Positions 13,178-27,401 of a DNA stretch of 64,000 nt are shown here, piece by piece. The stretch is from Laetmonice hystrix. Taxonomy: Eukaryota. The notes under the pieces are model-generated. The model made no database searches, was not told where the DNA came from, and was given only the letters and a program-made list of their open reading frames with translations. Location of the stretch: assembly GCA_965235115.1 (NCBI GenBank), contig OZ249442.1, positions 15,748,001 through 15,812,000 on the forward strand, in the 5' to 3' direction. Within the stretch, counting starts at the first letter, position 1, and every line of letters begins with the position of its first letter. A program made the position numbers and the translations under genes.

Positions 13178-14176
13178 TTCCCTCACTATACTTACAACTA
13201 TATCCACGGACGTATAATGATAGGGTTTCTATTTGTTACGTTTTCCCTCACTATACTTACAACTATATCCACCGACGTATAATGATAGGGTTTCTATTTG
13301 TTACGTTTTACCTCACTATACTTACAACTATATCCACCGACGTATAATGATAGGGTTTCTATTTGTTACGTTTTCCCTCACTATACTTACAACTATATCC
13401 ACCGACGTATAATGATAGGGTTTCTATTTGTTACGTTTTCCCTCACTATACTTACAACTATATCCACCGACGTATAATGATAGGGTTTCTATTTGTTACG
13501 TTTTCCCTCACTATACTTACAACTATATCCACCGACGTATAATGATAGGGTTTCTATTTGTTACGTTTTCCCTCACTATACTTACAACTATATCCACCGA
13601 CGTATAATGATAGGGTTTCTATTTGGTACGTTTTCCCTCACTATACTTACAACTTTATCCACCGACGTATAATGATAGGGTTTCTATTTGTTACGTTTTC
13701 CCTCACTATACTTACAACTATATCCACCGACGTATAATGATAGGGTTTCTATTTGTTACGTTTTCCCTCACTATACTTACAACTATATCCACCGACGTAT
13801 AATGATAGGGTTTCTATTTGTTACGTTTTCCCTCACTATATTTACAACTATATCCACCGACGTATAATGATAGGGATTCTATTTGTTACGTTTTCCCTCA
13901 CTATACTTACAACTATATCCACCGACGTATAATGATAGGGATTCTATTTGTTACGTTTTCCCTCACTATCCAAAGACGTTTCTATTTGTTACGTTTTCCC
14001 TCACTATACTTACAACTATATCCACCGACGTATAATGATAGGGTTTCTATTTGTTACGTTTTCCCTCACTATCCACCGACGTATAATGATAGGGTTTCTA
14101 TTTGTTACGTTTTCCCTCACTATACTTACAACTATATCCACCGACGTATAATGATAGGGATTCTATTTGTTACGTT
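13178..14176. repeat. 65-bp minisatellite, ~15 copies
   Basis: Unit ATTTGTTACGTTTTCCCTCACTATACTTACAACTATATCCACCGACGTATAATGATAGGGTTTCT; starts at 13231, 13296, 13361; a few units near 13960-14070 have internal deletions. Confidence 0.96.
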
Positions 14177-16401
14177 GAGATTTTCATATTATGTTCAGGG
14201 AGAGATGCATCAGCTTTGAAAGGGGTCGGAGTCTGACATCGGAAAGTAGCAAAAGGAGGCGGGTTCACTGGCACTATGTTTGGAAAATTGAAAAACCGGG
14301 GTAAAAAAACAAATATGTCCTATATTTATATAATACAGATTTGTATATGCCTTTAGGGCTTATAAACGGCTCCGGTGCTATATATTGCAGTGATTTCGTC
14401 GGCAGATGTATAGGGGCCACTTTTTTTTGGGGGGGGGGGGGTACCGTTTATCGTTTACAGTTTACAGTCGCAGTTGGAATCCACTTCCCCGAGTCCTCCA
14501 TAACGTCCCCAACAAAGGCTTCTTTACGCACCCACAGATCGTCCACTGTATAACGTATTGCTGGGTCTCTTCCCTGTCGCGGGACAGATCACAAAACAAT
14601 TCAAGCCAGAGAGTGCCAAGCACTACTCAAAATTGAGTGCCTAAGGTTACTTAAAGTAAAAGGGAATTAAAGTGACAAAGAGAATTTGTGTTTAGTTTCT
14701 TTTACCTAGACCTAGACCCATTTTGGAGGACTGATCGCAGGCAAGAGAATGACCGATACAACCTGGGTCGCCCAGTGTAGGCCTATAGCCTTTGTGACGA
14801 TTTGTTGTCACAACTTGATCGCCAGTTGCCTGGAACGTGGCAACCCGTCGTCTGTAGTGTATAGCGGACTGTCGTGCTGACAAAAATAGCCGCTAATTCG
14901 AGGGGACATATCCTGGCCTGTTTTCACGATGTAGATCTAATGGTATAGTATTAGTTGGCCGAGCTGTTGAAATCAGGCCTTAAAATCGCCTCATTCTCGG
15001 AAAATCCTTACTTGTTATTAGATCACTCGCATGGTAAAATGAATAGTACCATGAGAAAGATAAGAGTTTAATAAACATTTTCCCTACAGATTCAGCTCAT
15101 AATCGCATTACATAATGCTGGATGTAGTGTAATCCAGTGGAATCTGTTTGTCTCTGTTAGCGACGTTCTTTCTATATGCTTATATTACACAGCTGCTGAC
15201 ATGATTCGACACGCTACAGTTTTAAATGTGATGTCGAACTGCGTATTTTTTACCTGTATAAAAATTTAATTACAAAAATGAAAAAAAACGTACATTTACA
15301 ATCAAGACAGATGTGCATGTCCATTACCGTGCTGCAGTGTTCTATATGGATTCCACTGCATATGCTCAAATATTTTTTCCCTTCCTTGCACATGTTGGCA
15401 TCCATATTAATATGTAAATATAATAATTAGTTTAATTGATTTTTTCTCAATCAGTTTGTTATTGATAGCATATTACATTTTGTCTTCAGGCAGCCTCATG
15501 TATCATTTTTATGTTTCCGAAAGCATAATAAATGATAGATAAAATCACAAGAAATCCAATATTCTCTGAATAATTTGCTTCTCCTTTGGTCCAAATAAAA
15601 CTTTAGGCTATATTATATTTTTAGTGACGTTATGATGTGTATCGCATTCGCCCATATGTAAGGGGCTCTCACGTAAAATAAACTGTCTATAGGATATAAA
15701 GAAGTACATGTTTTAAACAAGGTAGTAGTAATATACACTAACGATTGTGTATGTGGACGTGTGTTGGTTACCGGGGCAAAGACAAAATCGTCCCTATTCG
15801 ATATATCCACACAAACTTTTCAAAAAACATTTGTAGAAAAACACTTTCTTTTTTATCGACATTATTTATGACCTACTTTTGTTTTTCCTGCGTTCCGCCA
15901 TTCTTGTGATATTCAACTGATAGGCGCATTATGCGTCTGCAAGCACTTCCCACGACCTCTAGCACGACCTATAGCTGACCACATTAGAACAATTTAAGAA
16001 TCGAAGGTAAGAACAAATCAAAACATCCACACCCAATTTTTTTAATTATAAGATTTCTCAAATTTACGCTGACGCGTCCGAGGTGCCCTGTCACACTAAC
16101 AAATTCCAGTCTAGTGCATAAACCCCTTTTAAAAAAGTAGAAAAGCCAGTTAAAACTTTTAGTACGATACACCATTTTGAAATCACGGAGCGTTGAACCA
16201 GGTACCATGATCGACTCAAATATTATCAAACTCGTCTTGCTGAATTTAGTGAGACGGTTCAAAATAGTTTTGGGGGGATGAGAACATCGGCATTCTTTGC
16301 TCATCGTTTCCGTTTTATCTTATAATTGATCACAGTAGAAATGTAAGGTTTAAACATGCCAGACTAATCCAGCTGGGACAACATGGATGTAATCATAACG
16401 T

Positions 16402-17625
16402 ACAGTCATACTTTTCAGCTCCTCGAGATTACTGCACAGTCACGGTCAAATTATACAGCTCCTCTAGGTTACTGCACAGTCACGGTCATACTATCAACTC
16501 TTGTACTCTAGGTTACTGCATAGTGATGGTCATACTATACAACTCCTCTACTCTAGGTTACTGGACAGTCACGGTCATACTATACAGCTCCTCTAGGTTA
16601 CTGCACAGTCACGGTCATACTATACAGCTCCTCTAGGTTACTGCACAGTCACGGTCATACTATCAACTCTTGTACTCTAGGTTACTGCATAGTGATGGTC
16701 ATACTATACAACTCCTCTACTCTAGGTTACTGGACAGTCACGGTCATACACAACAGGTCTAGGTTACTGGTTTTTCACGATCATACTATACAACTCCTCT
16801 AGGTTACTGGACAGTCACGGTCATATTATACAACTCTTCTAGGTTACTGGACAGTCACGGTCATATTATACAACTCCTCTAGGTTACTGGACAGTCACGG
16901 TCATACTATACAACTCCACTAGGTTGCTGCACAGTCATAGTCATACTATACAGCTCCTCTAGGTTACTGCACAGTCACGGTCATACTATACACCTCCTCT
17001 AGGTTACTGCACAGTCATAGTCATACTATACAGCTCCTCTAGGTTACTGCACAGTCACGGTCATACTATACAGCTCCTCTAGGTTACTGCACAGTCATAG
17101 TCATACTATACAGCTCCTCTAGGTTACTGCACAGTCACGGTCATACTATACAGCTCCTCTAGGTTACTGCACAGTCACGGTCATACTATACAGCTCCTCT
17201 AGGTTACTGCACAGTCATAGTCATACTATACAGCTCCTCTAGGTTACTGGACAGTCACGATCATACTATACAGCTCCTCTAGGTTACTGCACAGCCACGG
17301 TCATACTATACAGCTCCTCTAGGTTACTGCACAGTCACGGTCATACTATACAGCTCCTCTAGGTTACTGCACAGTCATAGTCATACTATACAGCTCCTCT
17401 AGATTACTGGACAGTCACGATCATACTATACAGCTCCTCTAGGTTACTGCACAGCCACGGTCATACTATACAGCTCCTCTAGGTTACTGCACAGTCATAG
17501 TCATACTATACAGCTCCTCTAGGTTACTGCACAGTCATAGTCATACTATACAGCTCCTCTAGGTTACTGGACAGTCACGGTCATACTATACAGCTCCTCT
17601 AGGTTACTGCACAGTCACAGTCATA
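16402..17625. repeat. 40-bp minisatellite, ~30 copies
   Basis: Unit TCATACTATACAGCTCCTCTAGGTTACTGCACAGTCACGG; more diverged at the left end. Confidence 0.96.
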
Positions 17626-18849
17626 GAAACAGTGCCTCGGGGTGCCATACCTGGAGGTTTGTGTTTCATTCAATAAATTCAATTGAAAAGCAAATCTCTG
17701 AATAAACCGAATATGACTTTGCTGTACACGTTCACTGAGACGCTGAGACTGAGTGACCCTACAAGAATAGTAGATCTATCTGATCCGTAAAACTTTTTAC
17801 AATAACCAGGTGCTCAGGTTATTGCTCAAGTTATTTTTCAGCTCGTGGAGCTCTTCCTTTGCCTTTAGAAATATAAGTTATAAACGGACGGAGACAACCC
17901 GTTGAATCTGGGAGTCAAAAACAAATTATCTTTATAAGTAATTATCCTAATGAGCTTGTAAAGTCTACACGTTTTGCCCTTTATAGTTGGGATTCGGGGG
18001 AGAATCAGCATGATGCTGCCTAATGTAATTACAGGTCAGGATTTAGTAGCCTCCTTCATGCCCGTGGGGTATCCTGGCAGGAAAGAGCCGCGTTTCGTCC
18101 CGGCGGCACTAGAATCTACGTTAGGAGCGGATATTATACGGACCTTGCTCGTCTTGGGAGCCAGCAGATGCATTACTGATAAATTCATCCGTCAACGACA
18201 TCTGTCTTTAACAATTAATTTTAGATCACGTTTATTGTCAACATAATAATTATTACAATATTGTAAGGTTATTATAGTTTGTGTGCCCAGCGATGATGAC
18301 AGTTTACATGTTAGCATACAGGTGGTCATATTTGACGAAGAACTTTAATCTGCCATTTCTTTGGAGAGTAGACCTTTCTATTGTTAATTTAGTTTTTAGA
18401 AAGTTTTGAACTTGCATAGATATAACGTTTCATAGTTGTTCATTTTCTGTATATATATAAATAATTTAGCATTTAGTATAACATAATTTAACATTTCTAA
18501 AAGGGGGTCGTTATTGGACCCTTCTTGGACTGGTCAACGACATCTTGTTATTTTTCTGCATTTCAGAAAGAAAGGTAGGTATGTTGGATGAGATGTTTCT
18601 GAGGTAAAGTTTATAACGACCCAAAGAATTGATTGCGTGTGAAAAAGCAATATCTCAAGAAAAAAAATTAGTGAAAATAAATATAAAAAAGAATATAAAT
18701 ATATAAATCAAATGTACATGTAACCGTTATATTTTCAACATTGCCTTTGTAAATTATACATCCTGAAGGAAACGTTGCCGCTATCTTCTGTGTATGAATT
18801 GCAGTACAGGCTGCGCACCAGTCGGTTGTGAACCAGAACACCCCTCCAA

Positions 18850-20678
18850 CCCCCACCACCAGCTAGTGTTGATACAGAAACCCCCACCACCAGCTAGTGT
18901 TGATACAGAAACCCCCACCACCGGCTAGTGTTGATACAGAAACCCCCACCACCAGCCAGTGTTGACACAGAAACCCCCACCACCAGTTAGTGTTGATACA
19001 GAAACCCCCACCACCAGCTAGTGTTGATACAGAAACCCCCACCACCAGCTAGTGTTGACACAGAAACCCCCACCACCAGCTAGTGTTGATACAGAAACCC
19101 CCACCACCAGCTAGTGTTGATACAGAAACCCCCACCACCAGCTAGTGTTGATACAGAAACCCCCACCACCGGCTTGTGTTGATACAGAAACCCCCACCAC
19201 CGGCTTGTGTTGATACAGAAACCCCCACCACCGGCTTGTGTTGATACAGAAACCCCCACCACCAGCCAGTGTTGACACAGAAACCCCCACCACCGGCTTG
19301 TGTTGATACAGAAACCCCCACCACCAGCCAGTGTTGACACAGAAACCCCCACCACCACCGGCTTGTGTTGATACATAAACCCCCACCACCGGCTTGTGTT
19401 GATACAGAAACCCCCACCACCGGCTTGTGTTGATACAGAAACCCCCACCACCGGCTTGTGTTGATACAGAAACCCCCACCACCGGCTTGTGTTGATACAG
19501 AAACCCCCACCACCGGCTAGTGTTGATACAGAAACCCCCACCACCAGCTAGTGTTGATACAGAAACCCCCACCACCAGCTAGTGTTGATACAGAAACCCC
19601 CACCACCAGCCAGTGTTGACACAGAAACCCCCACCACCAGCTAGTGTTGATACAGAAACCCACACCACCAGCTAGTCTTGATACAGAAACCCCCACCACC
19701 ACCGGCTTGTGTTGATACAGAAACCCCCACCACCGGCTTGTGTTGACACAGAAACCCCCACCACCACCGGCTTGTGTTGATACAGAAACCCCCACCACCG
19801 GCTTGTGTTGATACAGAAACCCCCACCACCAGCCAGTGTTGATACAGAAACCCCTACCACCAGCCAGTGTTGACACAGAAACCCCCACCACCAGCTAGTG
19901 TTGATACAGAAACCCCCACCACCAGCTAGTGTTGATACAGAAACCCCCACCACCACCAGCTAGTGTTGATACAGAAACCCCCACCACCACCAGCTAGTGT
20001 TGACACAGAAACCCCCACCACCGGCTTGTGTTGACACAGAAACCCCCACCACCGCCGGCTTGTGTTGATACAGAAACCCCCACCACCGGTTTGTGTTGAT
20101 ACAGAAACCCCCACCACCAGCCAGTGTTGATACAGAAACCCCCACCACCAGCCAGTGTTGACACAGAAACCCCCACCACCAGCTAGTGTTGATACAGAAA
20201 CCCCCACCACCAGCTAGTGTTGATACAGAAACCCCCACCACCACCAGCTAGTGTTGACACAGAAACCCCCACCACCACCAGCTAGTGTTGATACAGAAAC
20301 CCCCACCACCACCAGCTAGTGTTGACACAGAAACCCCCACCACCGGCTTGTGTTGATACAGAAACCCCCACCACCAGCCAGTGTTGATACAGAAACCCCC
20401 ACCACCACCAGCTAGTGTTGACACAGAAACCCCCACCACCAGCCAGTGTTGACACAGAAACCCCCACCACCAGCTAGTGTTGATACAGAAACCCCCACCA
20501 CCAGCTAGTGTTGATACAGAAACCCCCACCACCACCAGCTAGTGTTGACACAGAAACCCCCACCACCGGCTTGTGTTGATACAGAAACCCCCACCACCAG
20601 CCAGTGTTGATACAGAAACCCCCACCACCGGCTTGTGTTGATACAGAAACCCCCACCACCGGCTTGTGTTGATACAGA
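18850..20678. repeat. 31/34-bp variant minisatellite, ~55-60 copies
   Basis: Unit AGCTAGTGTTGATACAGAAACCCCCACCACC with variants (GGCTTG/AGCCAG, GAT/GAC, extra ACC). It accounts for the VGVSVSTLAGGGG ORFs. Confidence 0.97.
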
Positions 20679-21360
20679 GCACGAAGAGAGGCTTGGAGAG
20701 CAGGTGCCGTGTGGTGTTCGGGTCGTCGAGGGGAGCTTATCGCAAGAGCCCCCAGGGGGCTCTATGGGACGAGTACGTGTCGGTTGAAGACGATGTCGGT
20801 CCCTCCAAATGGACGCAGTCTGTTGACGTTAAGAGCCCAAGTGGCGGGTCCGCGGGGTGGGGGTGGGGGTGGGGGTGGGGGGGGGGGGTGGGGGGGGGGG
20901 TAAAGAGCCTGTATTTAATAAAATACTCGCAAAGGTTAGCCAGAGATCGCGGGGTTTAAGTGGTTGGCCTGTCGCGATCAGCTGGCGAGGATTCTTCCCC
21001 TCTAAATACGCCTTATATTATTAATAAGCCATTTATAATTACTAGATTAAGCGAAGAATGACGTTTAATCTAGGTTTACACGATACGCCTTAGAATAAGT
21101 AATGGTTATTTGGTTGGGTGGGCACGCAGTATGGCCACCTCGTGTGACCATCGTGCAAGATTAAACATCTCTCTTCGTTTAATCTAGTAGTTTACCCTCA
21201 CTTGGTGACAGGCATTTTGCCATGGCCCATGGCGTTTGAATCTGTCTGGGGTGACTCTGTCAGTGTGATATGTCCAGTCGCTATCGGCCTGGATGAAGTA
21301 TCGAGACCTGCACAGCGGGGTTCCTCCAGAGATGTAGCAGTAAAGCTATAGGACATAGGC

Positions 21361-21575
21361 ACTGGCGGATCCAGGGGGGGGGGGGGCGGGGCTAAGGGGG
21401 CTCCAGCCCCCCCCCCCCCAATTCTGGACGATGTTATTTTTATCATCTAATTATGATCATATTTATCATATATTTTAGGCATAGGCCTAATAATATATTT
21501 TTGCCCGATGGTTAGCCCCCCCCCCCAAAAAAAAAAATAAAATAAAATATAAAAAAAAAATCCTGGATCCGTCCA
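21361..21575. mobile_element. Degenerate G/C-tract MITE (GGCGGATCCAGG-type termini)
   Basis: Left ctggcggatccagg, right cctggatccgtcc, internal poly-G/poly-C tracts. No clear target duplication. Related GGCGGATCCAG starts occur at ~58570 and ~58757. Confidence 0.55.
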
Positions 21576-22964
21576 TTAGGTGTTCGCAGTACATCCAATC
21601 TGTTGATTGTGACCAGTAATGAGGGTGAAAGTTCCTCCAAGCCAAGAGGACGAGACACCCTCAATCGTGGTCCACCTTGGAGTGCGCCTCATCAGGAGCA
21701 GGAGCATACGAACTGCCTTGTAAGCCACTGGCAGACACTGGGGCAATTAAGCTTGTCAAAACGCGCCTGCCTTTGCTGACCGTGCCCCTTTAACTGAAAG
21801 TCCGACCCACTTGTGGTCCACCGTCCACCCACTGTTTTGTTAGTAGTACAGTGTATCCCTTGGCCCTATATCATTTGATGCTCCCGCTCCCAATGCCCCC
21901 AACGGTAATCCACCAATGTAGTCGGGTAGCAGGCGGCGTTGGATACAATCAGGCCCCTGAGGCAAGTAGGCGCCAGGCATGTTATGTAATCCAAGGGGTC
22001 TGCTCCCATTCACATAAAGCATGAACAGGGAGGTCGGCCGGGGCGGAGAGACCGCTGTTAACCTAATTAACGACGATTCAAAAATTAGTTCTATGATGAA
22101 GTTGAAGAAACGCCGTTCTCCAGCTGTCGATAACCAGAGTGACAGGTAACGTGGTCCTCTCGGTAACGACTGTAAAGCCAGGAATCCATGTGTACGTACT
22201 ATGGGCGTGATGCGCACTGCGTACTGCGTACTGCGTACTGCGTATTGACTGTTTCCATGTACTGCGTATTGACGTGTGCGTGATATCTGAGATTACCATT
22301 TAACCAAGGTCACAGAGCTTTCGCTGATATTTACAGAGGTGAGTTTTATCTTTTTTTCTGGATAAAATTTGTGCTACATTCTGTGAAAAAGTATAATATG
22401 TTAAAGAATATATAATGACTAAGATCAGTGTGTAAAATTAAGGAAAGCAAGCTGCCGGTCAGAAAGACCATAGCATATTGAAGCTACCGGTCCTTCGGGG
22501 CCGTCCATAAATTATGTAACCAGATTTTCCCGGATTTGTCCGACTAATCGGAATTTATGAGGCTTCGCGGTTCTTGTCGGCGTAAAACCACCACTACTCA
22601 CTCACTCCTAGTTCTGATGATTGCGCATAAAACCGGTGATACACGCTGCGACTTACGACTATTTGTCGCCGACTATTTATCGTGAACAATCTAGCACTGC
22701 TAGATATCTTCCGACCCGACGATTCGTCGCCGACGATTGTTGTAGGGTAAGGTACACGTCACGACTTACGACTGTCACGACTGCTTTTAGCGCTGAAAAC
22801 TGGGTCACGACGAAAAATCGTAGCGTGTATCGCCCGCTTAACGCATTGCGCAATACGCATGACGTACACATGAAAACACTTTAGTAAATTTTAATAACTG
22901 TTGTTTGCACACTACGCATTACCCACCATGGATTCCTGGCTTAACGCAGCACTTTCACACAGAA

Positions 22965-24170
22965 CATGGCACCGGGACACGAGGAATGTCCCCCATGACT
23001 TGCTACCGTTTACTATGAATGTCAGCCGTATCAACCGTACGTACACATGGCACCGGGACACGAGGAATGTCCCCCATGACTTGATACCGTTTACTATGAA
23101 TGTCAGCCGTATCAACCGTACGTACACATGGCACAGGGACACGAGGAATGTCCCCCATGACTTGATACCGTTTACTATGAATGTCAGCCGTATCAACCGT
23201 ACGTACACATGGCACCGGGACACGAGGAATGTCCCCCATGACTTGGTACCGTTTACTATGAATGTCAGCTGTATCAACCGTACGTACACATGGCACCGGG
23301 ACACGAGGAATGTCCCCCATGACTTGGTACCGTTTACTATGAATGTCAGCTGTATCAACCGTACGTACACATGGCACCGGGACACGAGGAATGTCCCCCA
23401 TGACTTGGTACCGTTTACTATGAATGTCAGCCGTATCAACCGTACGTACACATGGCACCGGGACACGAGGAATGTCCCCCATGACTTGGTACCGTTTACT
23501 ATGAATGTCAGCCGTATCAACCGTACGTACACATGAAACCGGGACACGAGGAATGTCCCCCATGACTTGGTACCGTTTACTATGAATGTCAGCTGTATCA
23601 ACCGTACGTACACATGGCACCGGGACACGAGGAATGTCCCCCATGACTTGCTACAGTTTACTATGAATGTCAGCTGTAACAACCGTACGTACACATGGCA
23701 CCGGGACACGAGGAATGTCCCCCATGACTTGGTACCGTTTACTATGAATGTCAGCCGTATCAACCGTACGTACACATGGCACAGGGACACGAGGAATGTC
23801 CCCCATGACTTGGTACCGTTTACTGTGAATGTCAGCCGTATCAACCGTACGTACACATGGCACCGGGACACGAGGAATGTCCCCCATGACTTGGTACCGT
23901 TTACTGTGAATGTCAGCCGTATCAACCGTACGTACACATGGCACCGGGACACGAGGAATGTCCCCCATGACTTGGTACCGTTTACTATGAATGTCAGCCG
24001 TATCAACCGTACGTACACATGGCACCGGGACACGAGGAATGTCCCCCATGACTTGGTACCGTTTACTATGAATGTCAGCCGTATCAACCGTACGTACACA
24101 TGGCACCGGGACACGAGGAATGTCCCCCATGACTTGGTACCGTTTACTATGAATGTCAGCTGTATCAACC
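22965..24170. repeat. 81-bp minisatellite, ~15 copies
   Basis: Unit CATGGCACCGGGACACGAGGAATGTCCCCCATGACTTGGTACCGTTTACTATGAATGTCAGCCGTATCAACCGTACGTACA. It accounts for the 461, 211, 213 and 219 aa repeat ORFs. Confidence 0.97.
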
Positions 24171-27100
24171 ATCCCCATGAATGTGAATCACAGCGGTCAC
24201 TTCGGAACCCCCCCCCCCCCGGATAACTGTGCTTTACCGACATAGAGCCTATGAGGAGGTCAGAACTGAAGGAAACTGAATACAAAGGTTTCCTCACAGA
24301 ACCGGGTAGGCACAGCAGGAAGCAGTGGTCTAATGACGAATAATGACTTGATTATATACGACTGTCTGAGAGTGACAGGAGATCGTTGTATGGATGATGC
24401 CAGGCCATGGTCTACCTCAGTGATTCGGTGTCATCTCATCCACTATCCTGTGTGCCCACTTTATTTTGAAGAAATGACAACAATTCTCGGGGGGAGGACC
24501 CCCCTCCGAACTTTCGCTAATTACTGCTCTCATTTCGTACCTTTGACAACCAATGTATCCAAGCAATAGCACAGGATTACTGTACGACTTCATAAGACGC
24601 AGGTTTCCTGCAACGGACAGGCCCTATTAAAATCCAAACCGGAGTCAGAGTGCCGTGACTAGATTCTTGGCAACGCAACAACCGCCACATATTTTACACC
24701 TTTAATATCCGTCCACGCAACCGTAACAGCATAGATTCAAGGTGACGATGCCATAGTAAATACACAATCAAGGTTGTTTTCAGTGTAGTGTCATTTTTAT
24801 TAACCTTCTGGATTTTCCAAAACGCTGTACATTATAATGCGATCACAATGACCTTTGCACGTCAGACAACATTTCACAGATGCGTCCACAAAGTTCAGAC
24901 GCAGCTGCAATCTCATGTGCTGTTTCCCTGTATACTATATTTTATCACGTTATTTGTTTATTTTTACACGCAAAAAGCGAAATAAATAGTGCGGAAAGAC
25001 AACATTTTTCAGCGCCCGCATTATTAGCTACGATTCTGGCACTGCTACACTGAAACAGCATCTTTTGGTCGGATCACTGCAATACTTTCAGCCGCACAAG
25101 CCCATCATAACACTCATTGCCTAACTTCCATACCGCACGTAGGAAATCTCCAATTCTCACTGGCCGTGCGAAAGCGTACTCTAGGCCATGTCTAGTTCGA
25201 AACTTAACTTCTGGCTTCTGTTTAAACTTAAAACAAGAATTTCAGTTTCGAACTACCAGGCTCGGGTTTCATTTCAAACCTCGAACTCCCGCGTTTGCAC
25301 GCCATCCACGCACACACTAACTATAAGATCAAAAAAGTTCTTTGTTACAGCGGAATATCAATTATACTCTACTCTAACACTGGAGAAGGGTACAATGAAC
25401 TCATCACAACCCATTAACCGTTATCATGGAGATAAGTCCATTCAGACGTAGGGCACTTTGGATTTCGATGATTTACTTTTCATTTTACCTCAATTAAAGA
25501 AAAGACTGTTGCATGTATAGAGAAAAACTCATCTCTTTGTTGATGGAACCCACTTCGCTCCGACATTCTGTGTGCCTGGTTTGGATATTCATGTCAGACG
25601 AACTTGACAAGCGTATTGTAGACGACAGAGATCACATTTCTACCGGGCGCATTTTTTTTCTGCCGAGCGCGACCATCGTAGAGCCATGGACAGGGAGAGT
25701 ACTTTAATGGAGCGGCTACTCACGGAGATATTTTGAGTTGGTATATATCAGCACAATCTCAACATCTGAGTATGATGTCCCCCTCCCTCCAACAACAACA
25801 AAAACAACAACAAAAAATGGTAGGTGAACCGACTATCCTTTCAACTGTTCATTAAACTTTTCCTAAAGGGTTTGCTCTGATAAACTCGAACAGGCCAATG
25901 GCAAGGTCAGGGGATTTCTGTAATCAATGTATAGATACCCCGTGTTTTTTACATAATGTTCAAAATTATCCCAAAATCTGTCTTCGTTGTCATATTCCAT
26001 TTACTAGGATTGCAAATGTCACACGAAGGATCAATTTCGGCCATTACAGGGCTGAAAACGACAGTAAATCTTTCTTTTAGTTAGGAAACATCTGTGCTAC
26101 CAACTTCTTTAACGTCTAAATACATGTGTTTCTCAATTTGTGTCCTTAAACGAGTCTCAAGTATCACAGTCCACATCGACCATGTTTGGCAAAACGGACC
26201 GCCAGAATCCCTCTTTACGCGTCAAGTTCAAAATATCTGGAATTTTCATGGAATGTGAATTGGGGAATAAAAAATCACAACTGAAAACATTTAGAGCTAA
26301 CCAGACTTCGTCTAGCCTTTCAAACCTTTCCTCTGTGACGGGACTTTCTTTAATATATAAAATAATTGTTACCGCCTTCCATACGTTTAGGGGGGATGCC
26401 CCCCCCCCCCAAAAACTCCGCTAACAAAATCTTTTTGGAAGCTCGCCTTCACTTCTTTGACCAGACACTTCCATTTACTCTACAAAACTTATTTTACATA
26501 CTTCTATTCACGTGGAACACACCTTCCACTACGGTAAATGTCAGCTTCAACTTCCCTCTCCACCGTCATTGTCTCTCCTTCCAGGAATACAATCTGTATC
26601 ATGGTTCTTACATCAACGCCCTTCCATTGTCCCATTTACACCCAATCCAACGATACCTGCCTATCTTTAACACGTATTCTATGGCATAGCATAAAGTAGG
26701 CAATCTTTACGAAATTATGTCCATAACAATCGGCCAGCATGATGTAAATCCTATACACTCGTTTTCCGGAAATATGTACAGAAATATATTACAGTGCTAA
26801 CAGTAGCATAAATTAAATCTTTCAAAGAAGGCCAAGGAAAACATTACTTTGATACATGCGGAGATACGCAGCGCAGTGGTAACGCATGTATAATATACAT
26901 ACATATTAGATTATATACACACAATTTCTGGATATTACATGGTTATACCCACCAGAGGAAATATGTAAATCTTTGTGTCTTATTGGTTACAATTATTCTT
27001 CACAATTGTACATCACATGCTGTGTCTTATACTTTATATATATTATATATACCGTATTTATATTTAGCTGGCATGGTTCGACTGTTTAGTATGTACATGT

Positions 27101-27401
27101 GGTATATCAAATAACATGTCATGATAATATTATGTAACAAGGCAATGGTAGCTATCATTGGCAAAACCTTTTATTCTATTGGGGTCTATGTGAAAGGCAT
27201 TGCGAGTTAGAAAACGCTTATCTAAGGACATAACAATCCAATATGACGTACTATATGCACATTGCTCCATTTGACGTCAAGTGGGAGCAAATATAGAGGG
27301 GGGGGGGGCTGGGGTCGAGATGGGTGATGGTTATTCTACGCTTTACACTACTGATTGCCATGACAACGACCACGTGACGGGACGGTGACGTCATCTCAAT
27401 A

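Noticed and set aside
21204-21347. Possible 144-nt minus-strand exon (LYCYISGGTPLC...NACHQ|GTGAGG)
   Set aside because: It is isolated, the acceptor lacks a pyrimidine tract and abuts a MITE, and I recognise no homology.
22901-24297. 461-aa and ~210-aa repeat ORFs
   Set aside because: They are products of the 81-bp array, open in several frames on both strands, with no signal peptide or splice context.
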